DNA from: a virus
Lineage: Duplodnaviria > Caudoviricetes
IMG/VR virus record: IMGVR_UViG_3300035682_000040
Location: 1-59,924 of that record
Strand: one strand, 5' to 3'
DNA: 59,924 bases
Positions 9,990 through 20,454 of the stretch are shown here, piece after piece (positions within the stretch are counted from its first letter, which is position 1; the number at the start of each line of letters is the position of its first letter). A program made the translations under genes and the position numbers. The notes below the pieces were generated by a model. The model did no database searches and was not told the origin of the DNA. It saw only the letters and a list, made by a program, of their open reading frames with translations.

Positions 9990-10337
9990 ATGCCACAAGC
10001 AATGCCTTTAACCACAAAAATCTCTGAAAATAGTACTAAAAGTTCAGCTTATAAAACTTTAATATCTAGATTTGGAGATGGTTATGCTCAAAGAGCTCCT
10101 GATGGTACTAATAGTAAAATTGATATTTGGGATTTAAAATGGTCGCCATTAAACCTAACAGACCGAAATATTGTGGTTGCCGTATTTGATGCAGTAGGTG
10201 GTTGGGATTATATAACATGGACACCTCCTGGAGAGTCAGTTTCTAAGAAATTTATAATGACTTCAGGTTATAGTGAAAGTTATGTATCAACTTATTATAA
10301 TATTAGTGTAAAACTAGAACAAGTTTTTAATGTATAA
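9990..10337 (+). CDS. Minor tail protein, lambda gpM-like (distal tail)
   Basis: FGDGYAQRAPDG.N, WTPP and LEQVF motifs. Confidence 0.85.
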   Translation: MPQAMPLTTKISENSTKSSAYKTLISRFGDGYAQRAPDGTNSKIDIWDLKWSPLNLTDRNIVVAVFDAVGGWDYITWTPPGESVSKKFIMTSGYSESYVSTYYNISVKLEQVFNV

Positions 10338-10348
10338 TTGGAATAATC

Positions 10349-10879
10349 ATGCCAGATAGTATTGATTTAGAAGTCTTAAAAGCAAATGTATCAGCTTATA
10401 TTGAATTATTTGAAATGGATTGTACTGCAATTAGCGGTATAGGAATTGTATATTATTTAACCACAAATAAAACTGCTGTTAGTTTTGGCAATATTACTTA
10501 TAACCCTTTTCCAATGAGTATAGAGGGGGTTCAAAGTAGTGCTGATGGTGCTCCAGCAAGACCAACAATTCAAATGTCTAATATTGCTTCTAATGTAGGG
10601 GCATTAATGAAATTTATAGGTTCATTAGCTTTTTTACATGAGGATTTAATTGGTGTTAAAGTTACTTATATTAGAACTTTTGCTAGTTATTTAAATAGTG
10701 CTGCTAGAATATCTGCACCGCCTTTAAAATATACTATAGCAAAAAAGTTAGAACATAATAAAATAGCATTAAAATTTGAACTTAGAAGTCCATTGGATAA
10801 AGAACGAGCATATTTACCTAAACGTCAAATGCTTAAAAGGGATTTTCCAGGATTAGGTGTTAATAAACGAGTAGGTTAA
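10349..10879 (+). CDS. Minor tail protein, lambda gpL-like (short form)
   Basis: IELFEMD, Y.PFP, RPT..SN, V.YIRTFA.YL, FEL.SPLD, LPKRQ. Confidence 0.8.
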   Translation: MPDSIDLEVLKANVSAYIELFEMDCTAISGIGIVYYLTTNKTAVSFGNITYNPFPMSIEGVQSSADGAPARPTIQMSNIASNVGALMKFIGSLAFLHEDLIGVKVTYIRTFASYLNSAARISAPPLKYTIAKKLEHNKIALKFELRSPLDKERAYLPKRQMLKRDFPGLGVNKRVG

Positions 10880-11599
10880 ATGCAATTATCACAACAACAA
10901 TTTAATGAAGTTTCTACCCATACGTTAAATTGTTATCCCAATGAAATGTGTGGTATATTAGTAGACGATACTTTTATACCTATTCCTAATATTAATAAAG
11001 AACCTGAGAATAATTTTACATTATGCCCAGTTACTTTAGTTAAATATCTTGGTAAAATACAAGCTATAATTCATAGTCATTGTAGGGATTTAAAAGCTCC
11101 TGAAATATTAGATCTTCGTACACCCTCATATAATGATATATTAGGTCAAAAGAAAAGTAAACTTCCTTGGTTAATTGTTAGTTGTGAAGGAATCAATGTA
11201 ACTTATCCCTTACAAATTCCTAGAATAAAAAATAAGGATTATTTAGAAAGACCTTTTATTTGGTTTATTAATGATTGCTATAGTTTGGTACAAGACTATT
11301 ATTTATTTGAACTAGCTATTGATTTACCAGACCATAAAGCTGATGAAGATTTTTGTAATATGAGAAAACTGCATAACCTATTTGATGATTATATTAAAGA
11401 ATATGGTTTTATAGAATTACCTGCTACTGTAGAATTACAAAAAGGTGATTTACTTTTATTAGATAATGCAGGTCACACAAAAAATCATTTAGGTATTTAT
11501 GAAGATGGCTATATACTACATCAAGATATGTTGTCTTTAAAAGAAAAAGTTGAACATTTTATAGGTCGTATTCATAAGGTTTTAAGATATGATAATTAA
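10880..11599 (+). CDS. Tail tip assembly protein, lambda gpK-like (JAB + NlpC/P60)
   Basis: YPNEMCG, HSH...PS..D, DCYSLV.DYY, NHLGIY, ILHQ. Confidence 0.85.
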   Translation: MQLSQQQFNEVSTHTLNCYPNEMCGILVDDTFIPIPNINKEPENNFTLCPVTLVKYLGKIQAIIHSHCRDLKAPEILDLRTPSYNDILGQKKSKLPWLIVSCEGINVTYPLQIPRIKNKDYLERPFIWFINDCYSLVQDYYLFELAIDLPDHKADEDFCNMRKLHNLFDDYIKEYGFIELPATVELQKGDLLLLDNAGHTKNHLGIYEDGYILHQDMLSLKEKVEHFIGRIHKVLRYDN

Positions 11600-12191
11600 A
11601 GTATATGAAGATTTAGAGAACTTTGATGAATTTGATTTTAATGTTGATAATATGAGGGATATATTATCAGGTATTAAAATGAATAAAGGAGTAGAATATT
11701 CTGATAATATTTTATATCAAAATTGCCAATATATTTTAACTTCTAATAACCCTGAAGTTACGCCTATTAGTTTAAATGAGGAAACCTTTTTATCTGAAGT
11801 ATGTGGTTATGATAACCTATATATAATTCCTGAGACTTCAGGTGGTGTCCCTGCGCCACTTGTTGCTGTAATAATGGCTTACGGTGCTTCCATTGCTGCT
11901 ACCGTAGGGCTTAGTGTTAGTGCAGGTGTTACATTAGGTACAGCAATGGTATTTGCTGCTCAGGTTATAATATCAGTAGGAGTATCAATGGCTTTAAATG
12001 GTATCATGCAACTTATATCACCAACTACTTCATTTTCATCTGATCCTGCTCAAGCTCAACAAATGCAAAGTTCCTTATTTAATGGAGCTCCTATAATCAG
12101 GGAACAAGGTGGTAGTGTACCTTTATGGTATGGCTCAAGTTATATCGGTGGAGTTTTAATTAGTTCAAGTATTTCTACTGCAGAAGGTTAA
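11589..12191 (+). CDS. Tail assembly protein, lambda gpI-like
   Basis: Hydrophobic middle segment; S.LFNG....EQG..VPL.YG...GG.LIS. Confidence 0.8.
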   Translation: MIIKVYEDLENFDEFDFNVDNMRDILSGIKMNKGVEYSDNILYQNCQYILTSNNPEVTPISLNEETFLSEVCGYDNLYIIPETSGGVPAPLVAVIMAYGASIAATVGLSVSAGVTLGTAMVFAAQVIISVGVSMALNGIMQLISPTTSFSSDPAQAQQMQSSLFNGAPIIREQGGSVPLWYGSSYIGGVLISSSISTAEG

Positions 12192-12194
12192 TAA

Positions 12195-15100
12195 ATGGAA
12201 GAAAATGAGTTAATATCAGGTTCTGGTGGTAAAGGTGGTAAAGGCGGACATGTACCTGTAGAATCCAATGATACTTTAAAAAGTAAACAAGCTATTAAAT
12301 TACTTTTTGCTGTAGCGGAAGGTGAAATAACATCTATTGATGATATTCTTCTTGATAAAGTATCCATATCAAGTTATAAAGCTTCCTATGCTTGGAAAAG
12401 TGGTTTATCAAATCAAACTGTTATTCCTGGATTTATTGATACAGAATCACCGTTACCTACATTTACTTCTGTTGCACTTGTTAAAGCTACTCTTTTTACT
12501 TATAACATTGATTCATTAGTTGATGCAGTTAGACTAACTTTAGGTTTAGATAGTTTAAGGCAAATACAAGAAAATGGTGATATGACGGGATTTACTGTAT
12601 CTATTGAAATTTATACTAAAGCTACTACAGTTGCAGGTCTAGTTTTATATAAAACCAGTACTAAAAAAGGTAAAGCTTCCAACCCTTATAGTTGGGATGT
12701 TATAGTTGATAGACCCACTAATTATGTTCCTGGAACTAATTGGTCAGTTGTTGTTAATAGACTTAGTGACGATGATACCAGTGTAAAAAGGAATTCTGTT
12801 ACTCGTTTAATTGCTATAACACAAATATATCATAAACAATTAACCTATCCTGGAACTGCTTTAGTTGCAATTAGTTTAGAGGATGCTAATGAATTTGGAG
12901 GTCGAGTACCTCAAATTCTTATAAAAGGTAAGGGACGAAAAGTATTAGTTCCTTCTAATTATAATCCTGTTACTAGAGTTTATACTGGTACTTGGAATTT
13001 ATCCATGAATTCTGTAAAGCAATTTAGTGATAATATAGCTTGGGTTTTGTATGATGTATTGCATGACCCTACTTGTTTAGATATAAATTCTGCTGATATT
13101 GATAAAACTTCATTTTATTTACTTAGCCAATATGCTGATACCTTAATACCTGATGGTTATGGCGTTAATATACCTCGTTATTCTATTGGTAATCAATTTT
13201 TTTCTAGAGATAATGTACCTACGTTTATTCAAAATTTGTTATCAATTTGTAATGGAATGCTTACTGAAAATGAATTTGGACAGATTAAAGTTATTTTTGA
13301 CCAACCTAATTTATCAGCAAGTAGATTAGTAACCAATGCTAATGTAGTAGCAGGTTTATTTAATTATAGTTCCAATGATTTAGAAAATAGGTATTCTCTT
13401 GTAAATGTTACTTATAATAATTATTTAAGCTATAACGAAACCGATACTGCAACTTGGTCAGATAATGCTTTAATAACTCGGTATGGTTTACAAACTTCTG
13501 ATATTGTACTTCCTGGATGTATTTATGAAGCTCAAGCTATAAGAAAAGCTCGTTGGGCTGTTTACACTAATGCTATAACCACGAAACTTCTTACATTTAA
13601 TGTAATGTTTGAGGGTTTATCATTCAGAAACGGTTCCATTATTAAAGTAATGGATAGTGATAATGCTGGTGTTAATCAGCATGGTATTATTAAAGGTACA
13701 AGTGTTTTAACAGGTAATACTACTATTGTTATGGATAGAAGTATTACCCTTGCTGCTCAAACCTATACTGTTACTTTTTATGGAATTGATGGGGTTACTT
13801 TATACAATAAAACTTTACTACAAACCAATTCTACAGTATCCAGCATTAGTTTTGTGGGTACTGAAGTTCCTTTATTAGGTAGTACTTTTATACTTTCAGG
13901 TACAGTTACTCCTCAATTATTTAGAGTTGTTGGTAATGCTAAAAATAGTGATGATAGTTATACTATATCCTGTTTAGTTTACGATACTGACAAATTTACA
14001 TATATAGATCAAGGTATTACTTTAGGTGGTGGTACTGGCGATTTTATAAATATTGATGGTTTTTATGCACCTGCGGTTTTTAATTTAGCAGTTAGTCCTA
14101 TATCTTCATCAAACGGAGTTAATAATAATATTCAACTTGATGTTCATTGGGATTGGGATTTATTACATGCTCAAAAATATAAAGCTACTTTTCAAGCTAC
14201 ATGGATAAGGGATAATACCGATATAAAAGAAGTAAAGGAGATTACTGGTAATAGTTTTGATATAAATGGTGCTGTTCCAGGAACTTATGATATTACAGTG
14301 TGGGCAATTAATCCTTTTTCAGGTATTAAATCAACTCCTGCTACTTTAAGTTATTCCTATAGAACTACTGCTGGTAATTCAACTTTATTACCTCCTGTTA
14401 ATGCTAGGGTATCCGGTACAGTTGGTTTAATTTATAACACTCCTGCCTTATCATTGTTATTTGACTATAATACCCTTAATGATAATGTTTCGGATAGTTT
14501 ATTGGACTATGTTGTTGAACTTTGGACCTTAACTGGTACAACTAAAGTTGGAACTTATGTGGTTAAGCCGAACTTATTATTTGGTAGTACTTTTAATTTT
14601 CCATTTTTAGAAAATTTAGCTATATTTGGTGCATCAACTAGAAGTTATATTATTAAACTGTATAGTAGAGATTTAACTGGTTTTGTTTCAACTGCTTATG
14701 CAGTTACCGTTAATAATACTGTTCCTGTTCTTCAATCATTTACAATACTTTCAGGTGTTTCATCTGTTTATATTAAAGTTACTACAACTCCTTATGAAAT
14801 AGATACTGCTGGCTATGAAGTACATAGAAGTTTAACTACAGGTTTTACTCCTGGAGTAGGTACATTAGTTTATGATGGTCTTGATACTTATATAACCCTT
14901 AATGTTCCTGACACTCAAACTTATTACTATAGGATTGCTGCTTATGATGACTTTGATAAAGTTGGTCTAACTTATTCAAGCCAACAATCAAATACTGCAT
15001 TAACTACAGAGGCTATTACTTGGTCTAAGACAGGTTTAGTTTTTTCAGTAGGTACTACAAATCAATTAACTTGGACGGCAGGTACTATAATTAAGTCTGG

Positions 15101-18047
15101 AACTACTACTTATAGTGGTGTTGTGGCTGGGAATGCTACTTGGACAACTGGAACCCTTTATGCTTATTTTAATCCAGGACTTTCAGCTACGATAATTCAA
15201 ACTACAACTTCATTAAGTGTGGCAGTAGGAATAGGTTGTTTTCCTATAGCCACATATACGGGTGGTGCAGTTACTAATATTAAAGGTGGTACTGGTGATG
15301 CCTTTATCTCAGGCAGTCAAATTATTGCTGGTACAGTTGGTGCAAGCCAAATAATTGCTGGTTCTATTGTGGCTAGTTTGCTTGATGTAAATAATGCAGT
15401 TATAACTGGTGAAGCACAGATAGCAAGTGCTGTTATTACTAATGCTGCTATTAAAGATCATATTCAAAGTAGTAACTATAACCCTACTGCTCATACAGGT
15501 TGGAAACTAGATAAAGTAGCTAATATGATTACTACTTATGGAGGTTTACAAATACTTGATAGTACTGGAGCTACGATACTATCGTCTGGTACTTCTCCAA
15601 CTTGGAACTGGGATAATATTATTGGTCCTGGTATACCTGCCGATAACGCAACAAGAAATGTATTTAAAGGTAATTGGTCATCTGCCACAGTCTCATATGT
15701 AGTCGGAGATATTGTCTTAGATACTCTTGGTTATGGCTGGTCTTGTATTTTAGCCCATACATCAAGTGCTTCTATTTTAACACCTGTGTACCCAATAACC
15801 GCCAACACCTACTGGACGCTATATGTTGTTAAAGGTACAGATGGCGCTGAGGCTTCTAACTATGCCTTAAGTTTATCCTCTTCTGTAATAAGCAAAAGTG
15901 TTTTAAATGTATTAACGCCCACAAGCAGTACAGCGAAAATTTATAAAACCACTGGAACAGCTTCACCTGTTCTTTATGCTGGTAGATTTATAATAGCCAC
16001 CTCGTCAGATGGTACGACCTATACCGATGTTTATACCTCTTCCGCTGATGAAAGTTCTAAAGCTTATATAATACCTGTAACAGCTAAAACTATAAGAGTG
16101 AGAGCTTATTTAGCTGGTGGTGTTACTACATTACTTGATGAAGAAGTTATAACTATTGTTACTGATGGCTCTAGTGGTATTGACTCTGTCAATAATATCG
16201 TTGCTGTGTTATCTAATGAAAACCAAAGTATTCCTGCCGATAATGCGGGTGTTACTGGTGTTTTCAGTGCGGTATCCACTATGTCTGTTTATAACGGTGC
16301 TGTGGATGACTCAGCGAACTGGACTTATGCTAAGGTTGATAGTAATACTACTTCCACTATCACGGGTGCAGTTGCTACTGTTACTGCCTTATCTGCGGAT
16401 AGCGGTACTGTAACTATAACTGCAACACGGTCTGCCGCTGCTCAGGTTAATATATTATCAGGCAGTGAAACTTTTGACGCTACTCAAGCTTGGTATGACC
16501 CCGCATCTTTAGGCTGGACTGCTTCTTATGCTTCTACATTATCCAACATACCTGCACCTAATGGAGCATTAACCGCTAGAAGGATAGTGACCGGAGCAGG
16601 TTTAGTACTATTCTATAGAAAAGGGAATATAACATTCCCCGCTGGTCAATATTCAGTCAGCACTTATGTATATGTACCCACTCAAGCTGGAATTAATAAT
16701 TGGAATGTTGGTAATGATTTTGCCGATGCTGAGGCTGCTGGTGGAACTGTTTATACTGTGTTTGATAAGTGGGTTAGGTTTGAAAATACACTAACAACTA
16801 CCTTATCAAGAGGTTTCCTTGATTGGAATATCAATATGAATGGGACTGGCTTGCCTGCTGGTGCTGTTTTCCATGTATGGGGTGCAATGTGCAAAACAGG
16901 AGCTGCTTCAGGCAAATATATTCCTTATCTTGCTCCAGTATCTAAAGTGTTTACTCTTGCTAAAGCTAAAGCTGGAACTAATGGAGCAACTGGTTTAACA
17001 GGTTCAGCGGGAACTAATGGTACTAATGGTACTAATGGCGCCACTCTTTATACTTGGCTTAAGTATGCAGACACCACTACAACAGGTATGTCTGATTTAC
17101 CTGCTGGCAAAACCTATATGGGTATTGCTTATAATAAAACTGTTGCCACCGAGTCAACCATCTACACAGATTATGATTGGAGCTTAATCAAAGGCACTGA
17201 TGGTATTAATGGTCTAGCTGGAACAAATACTTATACTTGGGTTAAGTATGGTACTTCTGCCGCTGGAGCTGGTTTAAACGACAGCCCTACAGGAATGACT
17301 TATATAGGACTCGCGTTTAATAAAACCACTGCAACTGAATCAGGTACTCCAGGAGATTATACTTGGTCTTTAATACAAGGGGCGGCGGGTACTAATGGAA
17401 CTAATGGAACTAATGGGGCAACTGGAGCAACTGGGGCAACAGGTCCCGCTGGTACGACCGACTGGGCAGGTTTGGTTAATAAACCCACTTTTGGTAATTT
17501 TGCTTATTTAAGTTCGATTGATAGTGCCAATATCTCGACTTATATTGCTGCAGCTGCCATAGGTACTGCTTATATAGCCAATGCAGCCATTACCAATGCT
17601 CAAATAGCTAATCTTTCAGTTAGTACAGGTAAAATAGCTAATCTTGCCGTTGATAGTCTGCAAATTGCTGGTAATGCGGTCACTGTGCCTTTATCAGCAT
17701 ATACCGCTGCGAGTATAGTAACATCTAGTTTAGGGTTAGTGGTTCAAACTTTAACAACTGGTATTATTAGTACTACAATAGCGTCTAACCTTTGTATTAA
17801 TTTTGGACTTTGTGGTCGTGGAACTCCCGGAGGGACGTGGGGACAAGTTGCTACCCTAAAAGCAGGAACAACCGCAGTCTATAGCGCAACATGGATTCAT
17901 GAAAATGCGGACGACCAAGCTGCAAGTGGTTGTATTAATTATACTTTACCTGCAAATACCTCAGTACAGTTTACTTTAGTATGGACAAGTCCTTCTAGTA
18001 TACCTGTGTCAAATAGATTTATTAACATAATGACAACTAAACGATAA
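12195..18047 (+). CDS. Central tail fibre / tip attachment protein, lambda gpJ-like (1950 aa)
   Basis: GSGGKGG start, EGEI, YPGTAL, KG.KV.VPSNY.P.TR.Y.G.W, DN.AW; Ig/FN3-like, collagen-like and C-terminal IANAAITNAQI repeats. Confidence 0.9.
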   Translation: MEENELISGSGGKGGKGGHVPVESNDTLKSKQAIKLLFAVAEGEITSIDDILLDKVSISSYKASYAWKSGLSNQTVIPGFIDTESPLPTFTSVALVKATLFTYNIDSLVDAVRLTLGLDSLRQIQENGDMTGFTVSIEIYTKATTVAGLVLYKTSTKKGKASNPYSWDVIVDRPTNYVPGTNWSVVVNRLSDDDTSVKRNSVTRLIAITQIYHKQLTYPGTALVAISLEDANEFGGRVPQILIKGKGRKVLVPSNYNPVTRVYTGTWNLSMNSVKQFSDNIAWVLYDVLHDPTCLDINSADIDKTSFYLLSQYADTLIPDGYGVNIPRYSIGNQFFSRDNVPTFIQNLLSICNGMLTENEFGQIKVIFDQPNLSASRLVTNANVVAGLFNYSSNDLENRYSLVNVTYNNYLSYNETDTATWSDNALITRYGLQTSDIVLPGCIYEAQAIRKARWAVYTNAITTKLLTFNVMFEGLSFRNGSIIKVMDSDNAGVNQHGIIKGTSVLTGNTTIVMDRSITLAAQTYTVTFYGIDGVTLYNKTLLQTNSTVSSISFVGTEVPLLGSTFILSGTVTPQLFRVVGNAKNSDDSYTISCLVYDTDKFTYIDQGITLGGGTGDFINIDGFYAPAVFNLAVSPISSSNGVNNNIQLDVHWDWDLLHAQKYKATFQATWIRDNTDIKEVKEITGNSFDINGAVPGTYDITVWAINPFSGIKSTPATLSYSYRTTAGNSTLLPPVNARVSGTVGLIYNTPALSLLFDYNTLNDNVSDSLLDYVVELWTLTGTTKVGTYVVKPNLLFGSTFNFPFLENLAIFGASTRSYIIKLYSRDLTGFVSTAYAVTVNNTVPVLQSFTILSGVSSVYIKVTTTPYEIDTAGYEVHRSLTTGFTPGVGTLVYDGLDTYITLNVPDTQTYYYRIAAYDDFDKVGLTYSSQQSNTALTTEAITWSKTGLVFSVGTTNQLTWTAGTIIKSGTTTYSGVVAGNATWTTGTLYAYFNPGLSATIIQTTTSLSVAVGIGCFPIATYTGGAVTNIKGGTGDAFISGSQIIAGTVGASQIIAGSIVASLLDVNNAVITGEAQIASAVITNAAIKDHIQSSNYNPTAHTGWKLDKVANMITTYGGLQILDSTGATILSSGTSPTWNWDNIIGPGIPADNATRNVFKGNWSSATVSYVVGDIVLDTLGYGWSCILAHTSSASILTPVYPITANTYWTLYVVKGTDGAEASNYALSLSSSVISKSVLNVLTPTSSTAKIYKTTGTASPVLYAGRFIIATSSDGTTYTDVYTSSADESSKAYIIPVTAKTIRVRAYLAGGVTTLLDEEVITIVTDGSSGIDSVNNIVAVLSNENQSIPADNAGVTGVFSAVSTMSVYNGAVDDSANWTYAKVDSNTTSTITGAVATVTALSADSGTVTITATRSAAAQVNILSGSETFDATQAWYDPASLGWTASYASTLSNIPAPNGALTARRIVTGAGLVLFYRKGNITFPAGQYSVSTYVYVPTQAGINNWNVGNDFADAEAAGGTVYTVFDKWVRFENTLTTTLSRGFLDWNINMNGTGLPAGAVFHVWGAMCKTGAASGKYIPYLAPVSKVFTLAKAKAGTNGATGLTGSAGTNGTNGTNGATLYTWLKYADTTTTGMSDLPAGKTYMGIAYNKTVATESTIYTDYDWSLIKGTDGINGLAGTNTYTWVKYGTSAAGAGLNDSPTGMTYIGLAFNKTTATESGTPGDYTWSLIQGAAGTNGTNGTNGATGATGATGPAGTTDWAGLVNKPTFGNFAYLSSIDSANISTYIAAAAIGTAYIANAAITNAQIANLSVSTGKIANLAVDSLQIAGNAVTVPLSAYTAASIVTSSLGLVVQTLTTGIISTTIASNLCINFGLCGRGTPGGTWGQVATLKAGTTAVYSATWIHENADDQAASGCINYTLPANTSVQFTLVWTSPSSIPVSNRFINIMTTKR

Positions 18048-18050
18048 TAT

Positions 18051-18455
18051 ATGATAGCTATAATATATAAAATAAATACAGGTGAAATTTTAAGAACTAT
18101 TAATATGCCTGATGATTTTATACCTTATCAGGTTGGTGAGGGTGAAGCATTTCTTGAAACTCAAGTAACGATTAATGATGGTATTCATTATGTTGATAAT
18201 GATGTTGTATTGGAGAAAGTGATTCAACCAATACTACTGAACAAAACAACTATTAATGCAGATGGAATAGATAAGTTAATATTTTCTAACGTACCACTTG
18301 GTTCTATTAAAATAGATAACCTGCAAACAAAAGAAACCATATCAGGAACTATAGAGGGTACTGATACATTCTCAACTACTATTTCTGGTACTTATAAAAT
18401 CAAAATAATATCATTCCCCTATCTTGATTTTGAAACCACCATAGAGGCTACCTAA
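18051..18455 (+). CDS. Tail tip-associated protein
   Basis: IY...TGEI.R motif following gpJ. Confidence 0.55.
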   Translation: MIAIIYKINTGEILRTINMPDDFIPYQVGEGEAFLETQVTINDGIHYVDNDVVLEKVIQPILLNKTTINADGIDKLIFSNVPLGSIKIDNLQTKETISGTIEGTDTFSTTISGTYKIKIISFPYLDFETTIEAT

Positions 18456-18736
18456 TGGCATTTATCATAACTAAACCTTTAGCAGACCAAAAGCAAGAGT
18501 TTACACTTAAAGTTAATTCTGATGCTTATGATAAAATAACTTTACTTTATCCTATTTATCTTCAACTTAATATTGAACGTGAATCCGATGAAACTGCTAA
18601 AACTACTATGCACACCTATATAGATGCAATTAGAGGGTATGCTAATGTGGCTAAAGCAAGTATAACCGCTGCTACTTCAATTTCGGATATTCGTTCCGCT
18701 TATTCAACTTTCACTACAGATTTAGCCACAATTTAA
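18455..18736 (+). CDS. Tail fibre assembly-like protein
   Basis: I...YP.Y.Q.N...YIDAIR pattern; TAATG coupling. Confidence 0.5.
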   Translation: MAFIITKPLADQKQEFTLKVNSDAYDKITLLYPIYLQLNIERESDETAKTTMHTYIDAIRGYANVAKASITAATSISDIRSAYSTFTTDLATI

Positions 18737-18865
18737 TTTCAAATTCTTTTACCATCACCTTGTAATCCCAAATTATCAACTATACTTCTAATGATACCCT
18801 TAAAAAAGGTATCGAGGAGTGTCCTCAAATGTACTAGCATTTCTAGTTAAATGTAGGAGAAAACT

Positions 18866-18991
18866 ATGGCTGTTAAAAGTTCTTTAGATGAATTAATAGC
18901 TAAAGCATTTAAAATTGGAATTAAAATGGGTAAAAAGTCGTCAGATGCAATGGATACAGAAATGTATATGGAACCAACAACAATGGTATAA
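18866..18991 (+). CDS. Small hypothetical protein, 41 aa (MAVKSSLDELIAKAFKIGIKMG...)
   Basis: Not in ORF track; AGGAG RBS; followed by a terminator. Confidence 0.6.
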   Translation: MAVKSSLDELIAKAFKIGIKMGKKSSDAMDTEMYMEPTTMV

Positions 18992-19017
18992 AAGCTCCCA
19001 TAATGAGAGCTTATTTT
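18990..19017. terminator. Bidirectional terminator-like hairpin between the convergent arms
   Basis: AAAAGCTC-CCATAATGA-GAGCTTATTTT. Confidence 0.6.
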
Positions 19018-19030
19018 AGATCTCAGCCCC

Positions 19031-19705
19031 TTATCGGGCTGATTTACTGAATAGTTCTTCAGTTTTAGGAAAGTGTTCAGCAATTAATTTACATACTTCA
19101 TCCGCATAAACCCTAATTTCCCATTGTGCAGCTTTATCCTGCCTTAGTGTAAGAAACGCTAACCAGTTGCGTAGGTTACATGAAACACGCATACGGCTAT
19201 AACGCCCAACCGTAACAGGTAAACGTGCAAGCTCTTTAGGTATTCCTACCTTTAAACCATACTCATAAACCCTTTGGCAATGGTTATAAGCATCATTAAG
19301 CATATTCAACCAATCCATTGCGTCCTGTTCATTTAATTCAGCTAAACTCTGAGCCTGTTTATTTGTAGTTGCAGTAGTAGCTCCAGTCATTAACCTTTCT
19401 AATGTGGGCATATAATCTTCATTCGGTAAAGGTACATAACGTGCAGACATTTCATTATAGGACATTGTTCTATGTCTATGCCATTCTCTAAATACCATAA
19501 TTGGTGCTTTAACTTCAAGAACCATACCTGCCATTTCAAAAGGAGTCATGTGTTTGTGGTTATAAAGGTACGCTAAAAGCTTTGCATCTTCATTCCAATT
19601 AACAAATCCTTTATTGGTTGACATTCTTGCAGCTTCAATAATACGTTCATCTGAACCCCAAGATTCAATAAATTCAACGTAACCACAATCTAAAACTTTA
19701 GTCAT
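19031..19705 (-). CDS. thyX: FAD-dependent thymidylate synthase
   Basis: H.TPFE, REWHRHRTMSYNEMSARY (RHRx7SxR motif), AQWEIR. Confidence 0.95.
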   Translation of the reverse strand: MTKVLDCGYVEFIESWGSDERIIEAARMSTNKGFVNWNEDAKLLAYLYNHKHMTPFEMAGMVLEVKAPIMVFREWHRHRTMSYNEMSARYVPLPNEDYMPTLERLMTGATTATTNKQAQSLAELNEQDAMDWLNMLNDAYNHCQRVYEYGLKVGIPKELARLPVTVGRYSRMRVSCNLRNWLAFLTLRQDKAAQWEIRVYADEVCKLIAEHFPKTEELFSKSAR

Positions 19706-19932
19706 TATTTACTTCCTAATTCAACAAGTCTACGGTTGGCATAATAAATTATCTTATTTAGATCATAAATTTCTGTAGTATTACCTTTCTCACCAAGACG
19801 GTATGTAGCTTTAAAAATGTTACCACGACCAAATGACATACCTTTAAATTCTATTAAGTCATCTAAAGTTTCAGCACCTTTTGGTACATCATAATAACTG
19901 GTACTACCACCATTATTTTGTGCATTATTCAT
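19705..19932 (-). CDS. DUF3310/SaV-like protein (putative nucleotide kinase)
   Basis: GGSTSYY, F..GNIFKA.YR.G.K, DL.KI.YYA. Confidence 0.7.
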   Translation of the reverse strand: MNNAQNNGGSTSYYDVPKGAETLDDLIEFKGMSFGRGNIFKATYRLGEKGNTTEIYDLNKIIYYANRRLVELGSK

Positions 19933-20137
19933 TATCTACCCCAAAATGTGAATTAATAATAAATATCATGTCATCTACGGTACGATTATCATCTGAACAA
20001 ACAAATATTAAATCTTTACATTCTTGAATAATTAACTTAGCAAACTTCTCAAGGTATCTAGGATGTGGTAACTGGTGCAAACTATCACCATCAATAATTG
20101 CTCGTTCTGAAAATTGCTTAATTTTATCGTTCATCAC
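19925..20137 (-). CDS. Small phage protein with LEKFAxLIIQEC motif
   Basis: Overlap-coupled ORF; motif shared with 40942..41229. Confidence 0.7.
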   Translation of the reverse strand: MMNDKIKQFSERAIIDGDSLHQLPHPRYLEKFAKLIIQECKDLIFVCSDDNRTVDDMIFIINSHFGVDNE

Positions 20138-20454
20138 TCACCTTCAATACCGTGTGCTTTTTCTATTGCTCTTGCAAAGTTACGAACCGAGTCCGCTTTG
20201 TCTACCACATAGGTATTCCACCATAACTCTGCTATTTCATCTTCACTCAAAGGCTCACGTTTTGGTGGTGACCATTTTTCTTTTAACATGGCATTTTCTG
20301 CTGTTAATCTACTAACTTGATCTAGCAAGTATTGAGTGATGGTATCAGGTTCTGCAAGTAGTTCTACTAATTTTGTTGCTGTAGAAAATGGCAATTCCAT
20401 CATTGTTATTTCATCATCGTATATTTCTTGCAACAACTCTCTTTCTTTACTCAT
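20134..20454 (-). CDS. Hypothetical protein ending FARAIEKAHGI
   Basis: Overlap-coupled ORF. Confidence 0.7.
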   Translation of the reverse strand: MSKERELLQEIYDDEITMMELPFSTATKLVELLAEPDTITQYLLDQVSRLTAENAMLKEKWSPPKREPLSEDEIAELWWNTYVVDKADSVRNFARAIEKAHGIEGE

